NCBI GenBank assembly: GCA_011772645.1
Contig: WVZE01000036.1
Location: 48,726-112,725, forward strand
DNA length: 64,000 nt
DNA from: Candidatus Aenigmatarchaeota archaeon
GTDB lineage: Archaea > Aenigmatarchaeota > Aenigmatarchaeia > QMZP01 > QMZT01
Direction: 5' to 3'
The position numbers and the translations under genes were made by a program. Within the stretch, counting starts at the first letter, position 1. Each line of letters starts with the position of its first letter. Positions 50,020-59,995 of the stretch are shown one piece after another. Under the pieces are notes generated by a model that worked only from the letters and a program-made list of their open reading frames with translations, did no database searches and was not told the DNA's origin.

Positions 50020-53000
50020 TTAATCCTTTATTTTGACGAGTTTTACATAGATAAGAACTGATAGTAACAACAAAAATACTATTGCAGGCCAGTTCAGGCC
50101 CGGGAAGTCCGCGGGCGTCGCGATTTTTATCTCCAGCCAGTCGCTGTCCGCAAGCTGGGGGTCGGTTAGGGAATTCGCATTCACGGTCAGATTGAAATTC
50201 CCCAAAGATCTCGGGTATATTCTTGCGATCACCTCTCTGTATTCCTGGGGGTTCATCTGCAGATCCAGGGTTCGGTTTCCCGTTTCCGCGAACATCGCCT
50301 CCTGCATGTTCAGTGAGAGGCGAATCGTGTCCGCTATCAGCTGGGAATTTCTGACCAGAATTTTTATAATTCCCCCTCTTCCTATGGTCATGTGGAATTT
50401 CTCATCCACAGCGAACTTTACCATGGTCAGGAAGATAGTGGTGTACGTGTCGAATCCTGTCTTTGTTTCCTGGTTTCCCGCGTTGTCCCTGGCAAGCGAG
50501 CGGAAGTAGAAGGTGTAGCCGTCCGGGTTTGAACCTGCCGCCTGCTCAGCGTCGAATATCGTGCTTGTTTGTTTCGTGCATTCCCCATCGGAAAAATTTA
50601 TGTTCATAACAGGACTTTCCGGTTCGCTCTGCGGCCTGTACTTGTACTGTATAATGTAGCAATCCAAACCGCTCTCGTCATCCGTCCCGTTCCATGAGAG
50701 GTTAAAAGACTTTTGGGCCATGTACGTTGATAGCAACCGAACTCTGGAGGTTGGGGAGACCTTGTCAACCTTGAATTCAACAGGGCTTGAGAATCCCTCG
50801 TTTTCCGCTCTATCCTTTGCTGCCCCGCACACCCAGACGTGGCTCGAAATGGTCTGGGGGGAGGGAAGGGTGTAGGAGGCGTAGTCAGAGGGACAGCTTC
50901 CGGGGTTTGAATCGTAGGTTATCAATCTGTAAGAACCTGCGTTGCAGCCGGAGCCTCCCGGGTCAGAGCAGGAAACGCTCGCCGTGGCGTCTGTATTCTG
51001 CCAGAGTGGGGCAACATCGTCCACAGAGACTATTGGGGGGATTTTGTCAACCTTGAATTCGACAGGGCTTGAGAATCCCTCGTTGCCCATGTTATCCCTC
51101 GCCGCTGCGCACACCCACCTGTGGCTGGATATTGTCTGGGGGGAGGGAAGGGTGTAGGAGGCGTAGTCAGAGGGACAGCTTCCGGGGTTTGAATCGTATG
51201 TCAAAAGCATGTAGGTTGAGGGGTCGCATGGGCCTGTATTGCTCACGCATGTCACGTTCGCAGTGGCGTCTGTGTTTTGCCAGGAAGCGGGAGCCCCTGT
51301 CACGGAAACTGTCACCTGGATCTCATCCACTGTGAACGTCCGATCCGTACCGTCAAATTCGAGAACCCATCCGGTGTTGGACTCGAAGTCTGACCAGAGT
51401 CCGCAATAATCAACTGTCCATGTTCCGAGCGGATCCGCATCCTGTATGGTGTAGGGGAAGGTCACACTTGTTCCCCAGTTGTTGAAGTATATTGAAGATC
51501 CGCTCGGCTTTACGAGTCTGCATTCCGAGAGTATGGTGAAACCCGATGGCGAGTTCGAAACCCCGTTCAGTCTTATGTTTATGGTCTGGCCTGCATAGTA
51601 TGTTCCGCTCGGAGGAACGTAAGAAGTCCAGTCCCCTGTCACCTGTCTTGGAATTCCCCCCATCGTGCATGAGGTGTAGCTGTTGGAGCACACGTGCCGT
51701 GGACCGCACTTGTAGGAGCCCGTCCTCCCGCAGTTCGAATCTACCCATCTTCTTTCAGCATTGGGTCCTGTTGAAGGGACGGAACAATCCAGGAAGCATC
51801 CTCCGCCTGAATAACATTCATCCTCTCCGTTGCAGATTCCTCCCGGGCATGGCGTTCCGCACGGCTGTTGGTAGCAAACATTCGCTGTTATGCCGTCGCT
51901 CGAGCCCACGTCGCTCCACAGGCCCGAATTGCTCCTGGCCCTGACATTGAAATAATAGGTTTCGCCGTTGGAAAGGCTGAGACCGCTTCTGGTGACCTCC
52001 CTTAGCAACCCTCTTGAGGTCCAGCCGACTTCGCTGTTCCACCCGGAATTCGGGTATCTGGCGGTTCCTATTGCGTATTGATATTCTGCTATCCCCGAGC
52101 TTGAAGTGGACTGTGTCCAGGTCGCATGGAGAGTTGTAAGCGAGGAGGTGTAATCACCGTCATCCGTCACGACCGGTGTTGTGGGCGTCCCGTCATCCAC
52201 CATCAGCCGGGAGGAAACATCCGTGTCGTAGTTCCCAGCCGAATCCTCGACCCACAGGCACAGCCAGTCGTTATGAACTCCTGTTATGGTAAGCGTGTTG
52301 CTCGTTGTAGAGAGGTAGTAGGAGGATTTGGAAGAGGAACACGTTCCGTCTGAGTCGAAGTAATACCATCTGGTTGATAAGCAGCCTGAATCTCCGGTAT
52401 CGGTGCAAACGAGGTTTACGGTATCCGATGTAACCCACACCGTTGACTCCCCGGTTATGTCAGCCACCGGGTTTATCTTATCAATCCTGAATTCGACAGG
52501 GTTTGAAACCCCTGTGTTGCCTGCGTTGTCCCTCGCCGCTGCGCACACCCAGACGTGGCTGGAAATGGTCTGGGGGGAGGAGAGGGTGTAGGAGGCGTAG
52601 TCAGAGGGACAGCTTCCGGGGTTGGATGCGTACGTTCTCAGTCTATACGTCCCTGCATCGCAGCCGGAGCCTCCTGAATCCGAACAGGAAACGCTCGCCG
52701 TGGCGTCTGTATTCTGCCAGGAAGCTGGAGCTCCCGTTACGGAGACCGAAGGGGAGGTTTTGTCAATCCTTACCCGGGTTGATCTCGTGCTTTCCTGGTT
52801 GCCAGCGTTGTCCGTTGAGTAGTATCTCACGTAGCGTGTTCCCTCGCTGGAAATTGTGAACTGGGAAGAATAAACTGTTGAGGGCGAGCAAGTGTTTGAG
52901 GTGTCCACGCAGTATCTCGTGGCTGAACAGCCAGAACCACCCTGTCCGTCCGAGCAGGTCAGGGTTACATCGACGTTTGTCACATACCAACCGCTCAAAC

Positions 53001-53901
53001 CCTGGGTCCCGGAAAGCGTGATGGTGGTGATCGGAGGATCTGTATCTTCCGGGCAAAGGACCGGGTCAGTCTCGCACCCAGGCAAGCCGGCACTGCAGGT
53101 CTCGGTGAAGGCACAGGTCTGATCGGTAGCCCAGAGACCATATACCGTGCTTCCCGTACACTGAGCCGAATTCCCTGAACAATACTGGTTGTTAGTCTGC
53201 CTTTCCAGCGTGGCTCCGCACCCGTTAGAATCCCCTCCCACGCACCTGTATTCATTCCAAGTGTCGCAAACCTCGGATGTGGATTCATAGCAACCGGAAA
53301 GCGTTCCTGTTGTGCAGCAGGGACCTGACCAACATTGAGAGGTGATGCAGACTCCTCCGCAGCATGACCCACAACATGAAGTCGAAGCCGAACATGTGCA
53401 TCCTATGTTAGGAGGTTTTCTGCAAACAAGCCCGCACGCAGCCCAGCAAGTATCGGTGCCGCAGCAACCCGTCTCATCCATCAAACACCCGCCATCTCCA
53501 TGGGTATGTGACGCCGTTCCCTGCCAGCTGGGCCCGGAAGCCTGTATGCCAGCGCAATCGCATTCGTTCCTTCCCTCCCAGCTGCACGTCCAGATGCTGC
53601 ACCTGGTTGCGCTCGGGCAATCCCTCCGGGCGAGAGTGTTACCGCAAAATATCCCTCCTTCGCCACACCATGCTCCGCACGTATCCGTTCCCTGGTGGTC
53701 CCAGTCACAGTCACACCAGGTACAGCCGTTGCTAATGCAGTCATCCTTCGAATCTTCGTAATCTCCGCAGTTTTTGTCCGCGGGTCCCCTGCATGTAAAG
53801 ACCCTGTGTATCGTGGCAGAAGCCGAATAAGCTGTTGTGAATATAAAAAGGAGGATCACCACCGATATAACAAAAAATTTGTAAATGTCTTTTTTCATCA
53901 A
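50020..53901 (-). CDS. giant (1293 aa) paralogous cysteine-rich surface protein with DFPGL-TM-basic C-terminal tail
   Basis: Signal peptide and a Cys-rich N-domain. There are three internal copies of the GAPASWQNTDATA...SNPGSCPSDYASYTL.SPQTISSH.WVC unit. A ~200-aa block is about 85-90% identical to the 2581-aa neighbour. The C-terminus reads ATPADFPGLNWPAIVFLLLLSVLIYVKLVKIKD. Confidence 0.7.
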   Translation of the reverse strand: MMKKDIYKFFVISVVILLFIFTTAYSASATIHRVFTCRGPADKNCGDYEDSKDDCISNGCTWCDCDWDHQGTDTCGAWCGEGGIFCGNTLARRDCPSATRCSIWTCSWEGRNECDCAGIQASGPSWQGTASHTHGDGGCLMDETGCCGTDTCWAACGLVCRKPPNIGCTCSASTSCCGSCCGGVCITSQCWSGPCCTTGTLSGCYESTSEVCDTWNEYRCVGGDSNGCGATLERQTNNQYCSGNSAQCTGSTVYGLWATDQTCAFTETCSAGLPGCETDPVLCPEDTDPPITTITLSGTQGLSGWYVTNVDVTLTCSDGQGGSGCSATRYCVDTSNTCSPSTVYSSQFTISSEGTRYVRYYSTDNAGNQESTRSTRVRIDKTSPSVSVTGAPASWQNTDATASVSCSDSGGSGCDAGTYRLRTYASNPGSCPSDYASYTLSSPQTISSHVWVCAAARDNAGNTGVSNPVEFRIDKINPVADITGESTVWVTSDTVNLVCTDTGDSGCLSTRWYYFDSDGTCSSSKSSYYLSTTSNTLTITGVHNDWLCLWVEDSAGNYDTDVSSRLMVDDGTPTTPVVTDDGDYTSSLTTLHATWTQSTSSSGIAEYQYAIGTARYPNSGWNSEVGWTSRGLLREVTRSGLSLSNGETYYFNVRARSNSGLWSDVGSSDGITANVCYQQPCGTPCPGGICNGEDECYSGGGCFLDCSVPSTGPNAERRWVDSNCGRTGSYKCGPRHVCSNSYTSCTMGGIPRQVTGDWTSYVPPSGTYYAGQTINIRLNGVSNSPSGFTILSECRLVKPSGSSIYFNNWGTSVTFPYTIQDADPLGTWTVDYCGLWSDFESNTGWVLEFDGTDRTFTVDEIQVTVSVTGAPASWQNTDATANVTCVSNTGPCDPSTYMLLTYDSNPGSCPSDYASYTLPSPQTISSHRWVCAAARDNMGNEGFSSPVEFKVDKIPPIVSVDDVAPLWQNTDATASVSCSDPGGSGCNAGSYRLITYDSNPGSCPSDYASYTLPSPQTISSHVWVCGAAKDRAENEGFSSPVEFKVDKVSPTSRVRLLSTYMAQKSFNLSWNGTDDESGLDCYIIQYKYRPQSEPESPVMNINFSDGECTKQTSTIFDAEQAAGSNPDGYTFYFRSLARDNAGNQETKTGFDTYTTIFLTMVKFAVDEKFHMTIGRGGIIKILVRNSQLIADTIRLSLNMQEAMFAETGNRTLDLQMNPQEYREVIARIYPRSLGNFNLTVNANSLTDPQLADSDWLEIKIATPADFPGLNWPAIVFLLLLSVLIYVKLVKIKD

Positions 53902-53930
53902 TTATATAATTGGTTATGGGTAATTATTAG

Positions 53931-56900
53931 TTAAACCCTTCCTTTAACCACAAGTTTCAGGTAGATCAGGACAGCCAGAACCAGAAGCATACACACTCCA
54001 AACCAGTTCAGGCCAGGGAAGTCCGCGGGCATGAACACCACGATTCTCAGGCTATCGAAATCGTCAAGCATGGGGTCCGCTATGAGGGAATTCGCGTTGA
54101 GGTTAAGGGTGTATCCATCGAGACCGGAAGGGTATATCCTTGCGTAAACCACTCTCTCCTCCTGGGGATTGAGGTCAACAATGAGTGACCGGTTTCCGCT
54201 CTCTATGAACCTCGCATACTCGGAATCCAGTTCCAGATAAACACTGTCGAATCTGGTCTGGATGTTTCGAACTTCTATTCCTATGATGTCCGATCTCCCC
54301 ACCCTTGAGTAGAGCTCCTCCTTCGGGACGAAATTCGCCAGGGGATGGGTGTACATGGTGAAGTGGTAGAAGAACGGTTCGGGAGGGTTCCTCTCATCCT
54401 GAGAGCCGTCTATCGTCTGTGCGTAGGCAAAATAGCTGATCCGCATCTTATTTTTATATCTGCCTGCGGTGAGGTTGACCGAGTAAACCATGTTCTGCGT
54501 GTCCGTTGTGATGCCGCCAGTCAGGGGGTCCGAGCCCGGGGTGTGGTTGTAGTAGGTAAGGCTAATGTTGAGCAATCCCACGCTGGGAGTCCTGTTCGTT
54601 GCGATTATCATAACGATCCTGTCCGCTGATACCTTGCCCTCGTTGGGGATTAAGAATCCGCTGGATAAATCCACGGCGTAGACGTTCGTCAGATCCGGGA
54701 TGAAGATCGTGGTGTTGGTGTCGTAAGTTGTTTTAATTTCCTGGTTGCCAGCGATATCACTCGCAAGCGAACGGAAGTAGAATACGTACTCGTTAACGTT
54801 CGGCACCCCTGCCGCTGCCTGCGCATCAAACCCTGTCTCAGTTTCCAGAGTGCAGCTCTCCCCGTTAACCAAAAGGTCTGTCCAGTCCGTAAGTGTAAGA
54901 GTGTCGTTGTATTTGTATTGTATTGTGTAACAATACAAACCGCTCTCGTTGTCACCTCCTGTCCATGATATGTTGAACCTTGTCTCGGTCACGAATCCCG
55001 GCAGGGGGAGGACGTTAGAATAGGGCGGCTCGTCATCAATGCCCACGTTATTCACTGCCAAGCTGTTTTCGTTTCCTATCGTGTCGTTCGCCTTCACCCT
55101 GAAGGTGTATAAGCCGTCCTTCACGGAATTCACGCTAAACAGGGATGTCCAGGTTGAGTCCTGCCTGCTCATTGGAACCCACTGACCGGAACCTGTTGAG
55201 TTCTCCCACCTGTAGACAACTTCTGAAACCCCTGATCCCTGGTCCGTTACGGTTGCGTTAACCGTGAAGTCCGAGTTGTACCATGTATTTGGAGTGGGGA
55301 TATGAACGGTGACGTCCGGGGGAACCACATCGATAACGATGTCGACCGTTACCTCGCTTTCGTGACCCAGCGTGTCGTTCGCTTTGACCCTTACCGTGTA
55401 ATTCCCGTCAGCCAGTCCTGTTATGTCAAAATTCGCTGTAAAGAAATCCGTCCCTCCCCCTCTTGACATGGAAACCCAAGATCCCGTTCCTGTTGAGTTC
55501 TCCCACCTGTAAGCCACGGACTCCACGTTCGACCATGCATCCGTTACGGTTGCGTTTACCAGGAAGTCTGACTTGTGAAGGCTGTTCGGGAGCGGGGAGT
55601 TTATCGTTATAACTGGAGGGGTCCTGTCAACCGTGAAAGTCTGGTTGGTTCCGTCAAACCTCAGTTCCCACCCCCCGTTAGCCAGGAAATCCGACCAGAG
55701 CCCGCAGTAGTCCAGCGTCCAAACGCCTTCCGGGTCTGTTGCCTGTATGGTGTAGGAGAAAACCAGATTTCCAGACCCCCAGTTGTTGAAAAAGATAACA
55801 TTCCCGTTTGATTTAAACAGCATGCATTCTGTAAGTATGGTGAAGGCTAAGGGCGTGTTTGAGATCCCGCTAATCGTTATCTGGAAAGCTTCGTTCTCAT
55901 CATAATAACCGGATGGGGATGTGTAAGAACTCCAGTCCCCTGTCACCTGCATTGAACTCCCTCCGAGTGTGCAGGAATTATAGCTGTTGGAACACACTTG
56001 TTGCGGACCGCACTTGTAGGAGCCCGTTCTCCCGCAGTTCGAATTTTCCCATCTCCTTTCTTCACCGGGTCCCAGGGAAGGGGCCGAACAATCCAGGAGG
56101 CATCCACCGTCCGGGTAACAGTTCCCCTCAGGGCCATCGCACACGCCGGTAATTACGAGGCATGTTTGTCCGCACTGCCTGTTCAGGCACGCATCCGTTT
56201 TCAGGATGAAGACGTTGCTTTGTTTGACCGCTTCCTGGTTGCCCGCGTTGTCCGTGGAGTAAAAACATACCCTTTTGTAGCAGGTCTGTCCGAACGGGCA
56301 GGTCACGTCCCCTGAACTCCCCTGTGTGAATCCGGTGGATCCGCATGCCTGGCCGTCATCTATTATCTTGTAATAGGAATTGTCGCAGCCCGATCCTCCA
56401 GTGTCCGTGCATGTTAAAGTAAAGCTGGTTTCGTTGCTTCCCGTGAAGTTCCCTCCGTTCGGGTTTATGTTGGTGACCGGAGGGGTTGTGTCCTCCCAAA
56501 CCCCGTTAACGCAAGAGGCCCCTGTCACGGTCGGGTGGTTCGCTCCGTTGTTGTAGCATACGTCATTCAGAACGCAGTCGCTCGTCTGATCGCAGCAGGA
56601 GTCATCGCCCGAACTTGAACTGCAGGCGTATCCGTCGCACTGCCTTGTTCGAACGTATTCGTTCGAATCATCACCGCAGCAGTTCGCTATACCTCCTATG
56701 TTGTATCTCCCGCCTCCGAGACATGCCCCGCATGTGTTCGGGTTTGTGTCGGGATCGTAGGTTTTCTGTGTGCAGGTATCAAGCCCCGGACAAGAGTCTG
56801 CTGAATCATCAGCGTAGTATTCCCTGAACATGCAGCCAGCTCCTCCGGGGCACGCATTCGAATCCATGCAGCCCTCTGTCCCGCTGGAGCCGGGGGTCGT

Positions 56901-58502
56901 TGAAAAGCGATCGGATGGACAGCCCGCTCCTGTCCCGCCCGTACAAACACCCGTGGTTGCCGGATCGTCGTTCGTGTCGTTCCCTGTTGCGACAACCTCG
57001 ATATCCGGGCAGGTGTAGGTTCTCGAGGGGCAGGAAGCGCCGCTCGCGTAGTATTCTGTGAGCTGAGTTGTGGACGTGCAAACATCGTCGTATGCTGATG
57101 AGGTGCAAGACCCGGCGGAACAGCCCGTGTAATCCGTGCACGTTCCCGCCGTGAGGGGGACGTCTCCCCCGTCCGAATCAACAGAGGCCTTGGTCAGGCA
57201 ATCTTCAACCAAGGACCACGAGCCGGCAGAACATGAGCCAACCGCATTCGAATTCCAGGGGGAACAGTAATTGCCCTGGGAATAGCAGGTTCCCGAATAA
57301 ACGCAATCACTCGCTTGGTTACAACATGTGTCATCGCTCGGGCTCGAACTACAGCCTGACGTGCATGTTCTTGAATTGTACGCTTCGCCGCCATCATCAC
57401 CGCAGCAGTTGGTCAGGCACAGTTCTCCTGTGCAGTCCCCGCTGCCGCCAGCATTCCATTCCTGATTGCATCCCTCGCAGTATGTTTGATCGTTATCAGG
57501 ATCCCTGTTGGCATCTAAAACACAGCTTGCTCCAGGAGAGGGGTTTGAAGTGCAGCACCAGTTGTCATCATCGCAGTCAGTGGAGCCGCTGCAGGCATAA
57601 GTCTGATAAACGCAGGAATCCGGCCCGGTTCCGCACGTACCGGAACAAACATCATAATCACTACACATCGTCCATGCCCCGGCATCCCTCTGGCAGGCGC
57701 ATCTCGGATTGCTCGCGCTCGAGCCACAGGTTCCGTCATTCACGCAGGTGCAGTCATATCTCTGTCTCATGTTCCCCCTGCAGTAATACCCATCGCCACT
57801 ATCGCAATCAGTTGTTGTTGATGATGCGATTTTGCATGCACCTTCATCACAGTGATAATCCGTAGTCTGCACGTCTTTTGACATACCTGATCCCACGCAG
57901 GTAGCGGTATCATCGTTATCGCAGTTATAGTAACGATCTTCGCATAATGTCCCATCTGTTTTGTATTCCTGTAATCTCTGTGGCTGAGTAGCGGTACCGT
58001 CGCATCTATCACGATATGTCTCTGATGTGCAAACAGCCGAAACGTCGTCACAATCATCATAATCGTCACAATATTGTGGTGTGTAGGGGTTGAAAGTTGA
58101 AGTTCCTCCAGAAGCTATTGACAAACAGTCCTGCGAAGAGTAACTGCATGAGCAAGCTGCTCCGCACGTCCCGCCGTAGTATCTGACCTCACTTGCACTG
58201 CAATAATCGACGCAGTCGGCATTGGTTTCGCATTCAGCATCGCAATAAGTTACGCTGCAGTCACACCCCAAGAACGTGCAGGTTCCGATGGGATCAGCAA
58301 ATTCGCAGGTACTGGCAGTGCAATAATAAACACCAAGACAGCAGTTTTGACAGTCAGGGTCATACATGCACGAACCCGGACAATCGGCTGCCTGAGGTTG
58401 GACGTTTTGCATGGTAACAAACAATGAAAGAATGATCACGAGAGGTAGAAATATTGTGGTTTTGTGTAGACTTAGTTTTGAATAGAAACTCTTCACCCTC
58501 AT
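53931..58502 (-). CDS. giant (1523 aa) paralogous cysteine-rich surface protein with DFPGL-TM-basic C-terminal tail
   Basis: Signal peptide and a Cys-rich N-domain including CCGDDGGE/CCGDDSNEY units. It shares the CGLWSDF module and has a two-fold VTD..S.V..V.YRWENSTG repeat. The C-terminus reads MPADFPGLNWFGVCMLLVLAVLIYLKLVVKGRV. Confidence 0.7.
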   Translation of the reverse strand: MRVKSFYSKLSLHKTTIFLPLVIILSLFVTMQNVQPQAADCPGSCMYDPDCQNCCLGVYYCTASTCEFADPIGTCTFLGCDCSVTYCDAECETNADCVDYCSASEVRYYGGTCGAACSCSYSSQDCLSIASGGTSTFNPYTPQYCDDYDDCDDVSAVCTSETYRDRCDGTATQPQRLQEYKTDGTLCEDRYYNCDNDDTATCVGSGMSKDVQTTDYHCDEGACKIASSTTTDCDSGDGYYCRGNMRQRYDCTCVNDGTCGSSASNPRCACQRDAGAWTMCSDYDVCSGTCGTGPDSCVYQTYACSGSTDCDDDNWCCTSNPSPGASCVLDANRDPDNDQTYCEGCNQEWNAGGSGDCTGELCLTNCCGDDGGEAYNSRTCTSGCSSSPSDDTCCNQASDCVYSGTCYSQGNYCSPWNSNAVGSCSAGSWSLVEDCLTKASVDSDGGDVPLTAGTCTDYTGCSAGSCTSSAYDDVCTSTTQLTEYYASGASCPSRTYTCPDIEVVATGNDTNDDPATTGVCTGGTGAGCPSDRFSTTPGSSGTEGCMDSNACPGGAGCMFREYYADDSADSCPGLDTCTQKTYDPDTNPNTCGACLGGGRYNIGGIANCCGDDSNEYVRTRQCDGYACSSSSGDDSCCDQTSDCVLNDVCYNNGANHPTVTGASCVNGVWEDTTPPVTNINPNGGNFTGSNETSFTLTCTDTGGSGCDNSYYKIIDDGQACGSTGFTQGSSGDVTCPFGQTCYKRVCFYSTDNAGNQEAVKQSNVFILKTDACLNRQCGQTCLVITGVCDGPEGNCYPDGGCLLDCSAPSLGPGEERRWENSNCGRTGSYKCGPQQVCSNSYNSCTLGGSSMQVTGDWSSYTSPSGYYDENEAFQITISGISNTPLAFTILTECMLFKSNGNVIFFNNWGSGNLVFSYTIQATDPEGVWTLDYCGLWSDFLANGGWELRFDGTNQTFTVDRTPPVITINSPLPNSLHKSDFLVNATVTDAWSNVESVAYRWENSTGTGSWVSMSRGGGTDFFTANFDITGLADGNYTVRVKANDTLGHESEVTVDIVIDVVPPDVTVHIPTPNTWYNSDFTVNATVTDQGSGVSEVVYRWENSTGSGQWVPMSRQDSTWTSLFSVNSVKDGLYTFRVKANDTIGNENSLAVNNVGIDDEPPYSNVLPLPGFVTETRFNISWTGGDNESGLYCYTIQYKYNDTLTLTDWTDLLVNGESCTLETETGFDAQAAAGVPNVNEYVFYFRSLASDIAGNQEIKTTYDTNTTIFIPDLTNVYAVDLSSGFLIPNEGKVSADRIVMIIATNRTPSVGLLNISLTYYNHTPGSDPLTGGITTDTQNMVYSVNLTAGRYKNKMRISYFAYAQTIDGSQDERNPPEPFFYHFTMYTHPLANFVPKEELYSRVGRSDIIGIEVRNIQTRFDSVYLELDSEYARFIESGNRSLIVDLNPQEERVVYARIYPSGLDGYTLNLNANSLIADPMLDDFDSLRIVVFMPADFPGLNWFGVCMLLVLAVLIYLKLVVKGRV

Positions 58503-58567
58503 CTGTTAAATAGTTGTCAAGCCTGATTAATAAATTCAACTTTTTTAATTATTAAAAACAATCAGGC

Positions 58568-59965
58568 CTAACGGGTTCTCCTTCTTATGGATGTGAATAT
58601 CGAATAGAAAAACACGAAGAAGGGAAGGATCTCGAGTCTCCCCAGCAACATGCAGACCATGAGAACGGATTTTCCGAGAGGGTTCATTCCCGCGATGTCA
58701 ATCGTTGTCAATCCGACTGTCCCCTCCGCAGAGGCGGAGACAAAGAACGAATCTATTGGGGTGTAGCCCATGAAGCTAAGAACGAGAGTCGAAACAACGA
58801 GGATCAGTATGTATATGAAGGAGAATATCGAGATTATGGTTAAATCCTCCTCCCTTATCACCTTTCTTCCCAGCTTGAAGGGAATGACAGCAGAGGAGGG
58901 ATAGGAAATCTTCCTGCTCAGCCAGGAGACCGCTTTCCCGAGGATCCCGACCCTGACGAGTTTCAGCCCGCCTGCGGTCGATCCCGCGAACCCTCCCACT
59001 ATCATGAGTATGGGAAGCAATATCTTGGAGAGCTCTGGGTAGGTGGAAACCAGGGTGAAACCGCTCCCTGTCAGGGCTGAGAACGTCTGGAAAATCCCTA
59101 TCCTGAAGGGCTCGGGGCTCAGGATGAAGGAGATGGAGACCAGTATCGAGAAGATCAATATTATCACCCAGAACAAACGGACCTCGCTGTTCCTCAGGTA
59201 TTCGATGAACTTCCTCTTGAAGAGCTTATCGTGAATGAAGAAGGAGGTCGCTCCGAGAACCATCATCAAAATCATAACAGTTTCTATTAACGGGTTGCCG
59301 TAGGCTCCGATGGACTCGTTCTTGACAGAGAATCCTCCGGTAGCGATGGAGGTGAACGTGTGATTGAAAGAATCGAACAGGGGCATGCCCGCGAGCGCGA
59401 AGAGCAGGATCCCCACAGCGGTGTAGATCCCGTAGATTATGAATATCCTCTTCACGGTGGAGTAAACGCCGGCCTCTATCCTCTGTGGATGTCCTTCTGC
59501 CTTGTATATGTAATAGGAAGACATCCCCGGGGAGGACAGCAGCAAAAGGAAGATAACGAGTATCCCCACCCCTCCAATCCACTGGGTGAGCGACCGCCAG
59601 AAAAGAACCGAGTGAGGAAGGCTCTCCGGGTTCACGGTGGTGAGGCCTGTGGTTGTGAAGCCCGAAACTGATTCGAAGAGGGAATCCATCGGACTCAGAT
59701 GGTCGAGGTATGGGATCGCTCCAAAGAGGGAAACCACGATGAAGGTCAGGCTCGCCAGAACCATTGCGGAGCTGAGATCCAGGGGTTCCCTTTCGAATTT
59801 TTTGTAAAGGACTACGCCCACCGCGAAAGAGATCACCGCTCCCAGGAGGAAGGGGATGTAAACGTCCTCGGCAAAAACCAGGCTCACTGCAAGAGGGAAA
59901 AGCATCAGTATCGCTAATATACCCAACAACAGGCCGAGGTACGAAAGAACTGACTTGAAATTCAT
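58568..59965 (-). CDS. trkH: TrkH/KtrB-family potassium transporter
   Basis: Repeated M-P-M pore motifs (GFTTTGLT, GSGFT, GLTT) and polytopic membrane topology. Confidence 0.85.
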   Translation of the reverse strand: MNFKSVLSYLGLLLGILAILMLFPLAVSLVFAEDVYIPFLLGAVISFAVGVVLYKKFEREPLDLSSAMVLASLTFIVVSLFGAIPYLDHLSPMDSLFESVSGFTTTGLTTVNPESLPHSVLFWRSLTQWIGGVGILVIFLLLLSSPGMSSYYIYKAEGHPQRIEAGVYSTVKRIFIIYGIYTAVGILLFALAGMPLFDSFNHTFTSIATGGFSVKNESIGAYGNPLIETVMILMMVLGATSFFIHDKLFKRKFIEYLRNSEVRLFWVIILIFSILVSISFILSPEPFRIGIFQTFSALTGSGFTLVSTYPELSKILLPILMIVGGFAGSTAGGLKLVRVGILGKAVSWLSRKISYPSSAVIPFKLGRKVIREEDLTIISIFSFIYILILVVSTLVLSFMGYTPIDSFFVSASAEGTVGLTTIDIAGMNPLGKSVLMVCMLLGRLEILPFFVFFYSIFTSIRRRTR

Positions 59966-59995
59966 AATTTATAATGTAATTAGTGCAATAATAAA

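Noticed and set aside
42359-58417. Dozens of 60-160-aa plus-strand ORFs inside the giant-gene locus (e.g. 44316-44543, 45539-45727, 50942-51157, 52622-52822, 57233-57865)
   Set aside because: They are antisense shadows of the long minus-strand genes. Several are duplicated only because the underlying DNA repeats are duplicated. They have Arg/Pro/Ser-rich junk composition.
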